DNA of 64,000 bases from Felis catus (lineage: Eukaryota): contig NC_058369.1 of the NCBI RefSeq assembly GCF_018350175.1, forward strand, positions 14,634,001-14,698,000. Reading direction: 5' to 3'. A program made the translations under genes and the position numbers. The stretch's first letter is position 1, and each line of letters begins with the position of its first letter. Below, piece after piece: positions 45,721 to 64,000 of this stretch. The notes beneath the pieces are model-generated. The model searched no databases and was not told where the DNA came from. It saw only the letters and a list, made by a program, of their open reading frames with translations.

Positions 45721-47096
45721 GTCCTCCTCCCCTGATCTTTGCACGGCGCCAAAGCTCCAGCACACTCTCTGGTCCCGGGCTCCTGCCCCTGAATCTTCCA
45801 CACTCCACGACTCAGTGACTTCCCTGCCCAGGGGCCTTGGACCCCTGAACCCATCCAGGCTCCGCAGAGCCTTGGAGCCCCCTGGTGGAGAGGACCTATT
45901 CCAGCGGGATCCTATTCCAGCGGGATCCGGTCTCCCAATGCTGGAGGGGCTGGAGAACGCTGGTCTGGGGCACCTGGTGTCACCCTGAAAGCTGCATCAG
46001 ACTCTTGAAGTCGATTACAGTGCAGCCAGAAGCACCCCTAGCACCTCCCTCATGCATGGTGATCATAGACCCCCACCCTAAGCACCCCAAGAATCATTCC
46101 CAACGAACAAATCCCAAGACCAGTCACCATCGGGTGGCCTCAAATTGTCTCAGGGACTCCAAATGATCACAGCAGCCCCCTTTCCTGGTGTGGTCTGGCA
46201 CCCCTACACTTGCATACACCTTCATCTGTGCTCAGGGCCCGTGTGATGCTCACAGGCATTCACAACTGGTCCCCACGGTTTCCCTGCTTTAGATCCCAGG
46301 GCTTTCCTTGGGCTGTGCGTCCTTCGCTGAGGACAGCAAAGGGGTGAAGATGGTAAAGGGCTGTGAGCCCCTCACTGATAAGCAGCAGGTCCCCGTGTGC
46401 AGCTTGTCAAAGTTATAAAAATGCACCCATACCCTGCACTCAGTGGATTTTCTAGCTGGAAACAAAGACATCATGTTTATGACTTTTGCTTTCTCAAGTT
46501 TTTGGCTGTTGTGAAGGTAGGAAATTTCCCACTGACCATGACTCTGCTCTCGTGCTGCCTACTCCACAATTCCTGAGTTGCAATGAGTGCCCTTTGAAAG
46601 GAAGGATAGTGTCAGTACAAGGGCAGAGCCAGATGCAAAGCTGGGCTGTTACGTGAGATGGTGATGGCACTTGTGTGGCATAGGACCGCAATGAGTGTGA
46701 CCCGAGCTACTATTTGCAATGATTCGGATTGAACTTCCTCCCATCTAAGACATCATGAGAGAAAGGCATGCTCTCATATTTTTTACATATTACTGAAAAA
46801 CAGAAAATGCCATTGATCCCCAAACTCCCCCCTAGTGCCTGAGGGACCAAAACATGAAGCTGAGAGACCACGGAAATATGGAGGTGCTTGTCAAATTAGG
46901 AAAATATGCACAACTCTCTGGACTTGGAGCTTGGCCCTTCTAAGTGCTGAATGTATTACAGAGACTGTCGTTAATAATCTCACGGCTCCTGAGGAGGGTG
47001 CTGGGACCCTGCTCAGTGACTGCCCAGCCCCACAACGACCCCTTCTGTGGTGCAGACAGAGGTGGAGGCAGGGCTTCTTAAAATCATGGATGCGGC

Positions 47097-47102
47097 TTTA
47101 TT
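47097..47102 (-). terminator. ATP13A1 polyadenylation signal AATAAA
   Basis: TTTATT on + strand, about 170 nt after the stop codon. Confidence 0.85.
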
Positions 47103-47272
47103 TACCAAAGGTGCCAGCCCAGGGCTGGTTCTGCCAGCCAGGCCCTCAGATGGCTGTGGGGATAGGGGGTGTCCCAGCTCAGATCAGTCCTGGTGGCCAC
47201 TGGGGCAGTGTTCCCTCTTGGGGCTTCCGCCCGGCGGCACCAACATGGGCAGCAGGTGCCGGCACCGCCATC

Positions 47273-63945
<16,673 letters not shown>

Positions 63946-64000
63946 CTTTCCCAGCGCCGCACTCGCTTCCGGGCAGAGGCACCGCCTCACTTCCGACGGC

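Noticed and set aside
63946..63990. 15-codon N-terminal extension of ATP13A1 in the ORF track
   Set aside because: It starts at GTG in promoter/5' UTR sequence; the ATG at 63945 has a strong context (AAGATGG) and gives the expected 1204-aa protein.

Overview
Mammalian (felid, most likely Felis-lineage cat) genomic DNA, judged from about 50 carnivore tRNA-derived Can-SINEs that include young Felis-type copies. Four protein-coding genes lie in tandem on the minus strand, in the order known from human 19p13.11. ATP13A1 is complete (26 coding exons, 63945->47273, 1204 aa P5A-ATPase). GMIP is complete (21 coding exons, 45412->36573, 967 aa F-BAR/C1/RhoGAP). LPAR2 is complete (non-coding exon 1 plus 2 coding exons, 351 aa GPCR). 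PBX4 is partial: exons 1-2 only, and the gene runs off the window start. I traced all exon boundaries by hand; all are GT-AG and the phases add up to intact reading frames. Positions 1-27000 are PBX4 intron, densely filled with SINE, L1, L2, MaLR/ERVL LTR and MER elements; repeat family names come from remembered consensus sequences, not a search. I find no new gene or clearly novel biological system. The best leads are regulatory: a strong-Kozak uORF in frame with LPAR2 that ends in UGA-CGG, a perfect RFX X-box plus MYB-site cluster and a 22-bp palindrome upstream of PBX4, arrays of RGGTCA direct repeats in GMIP introns, and several unusual SINE configurations.
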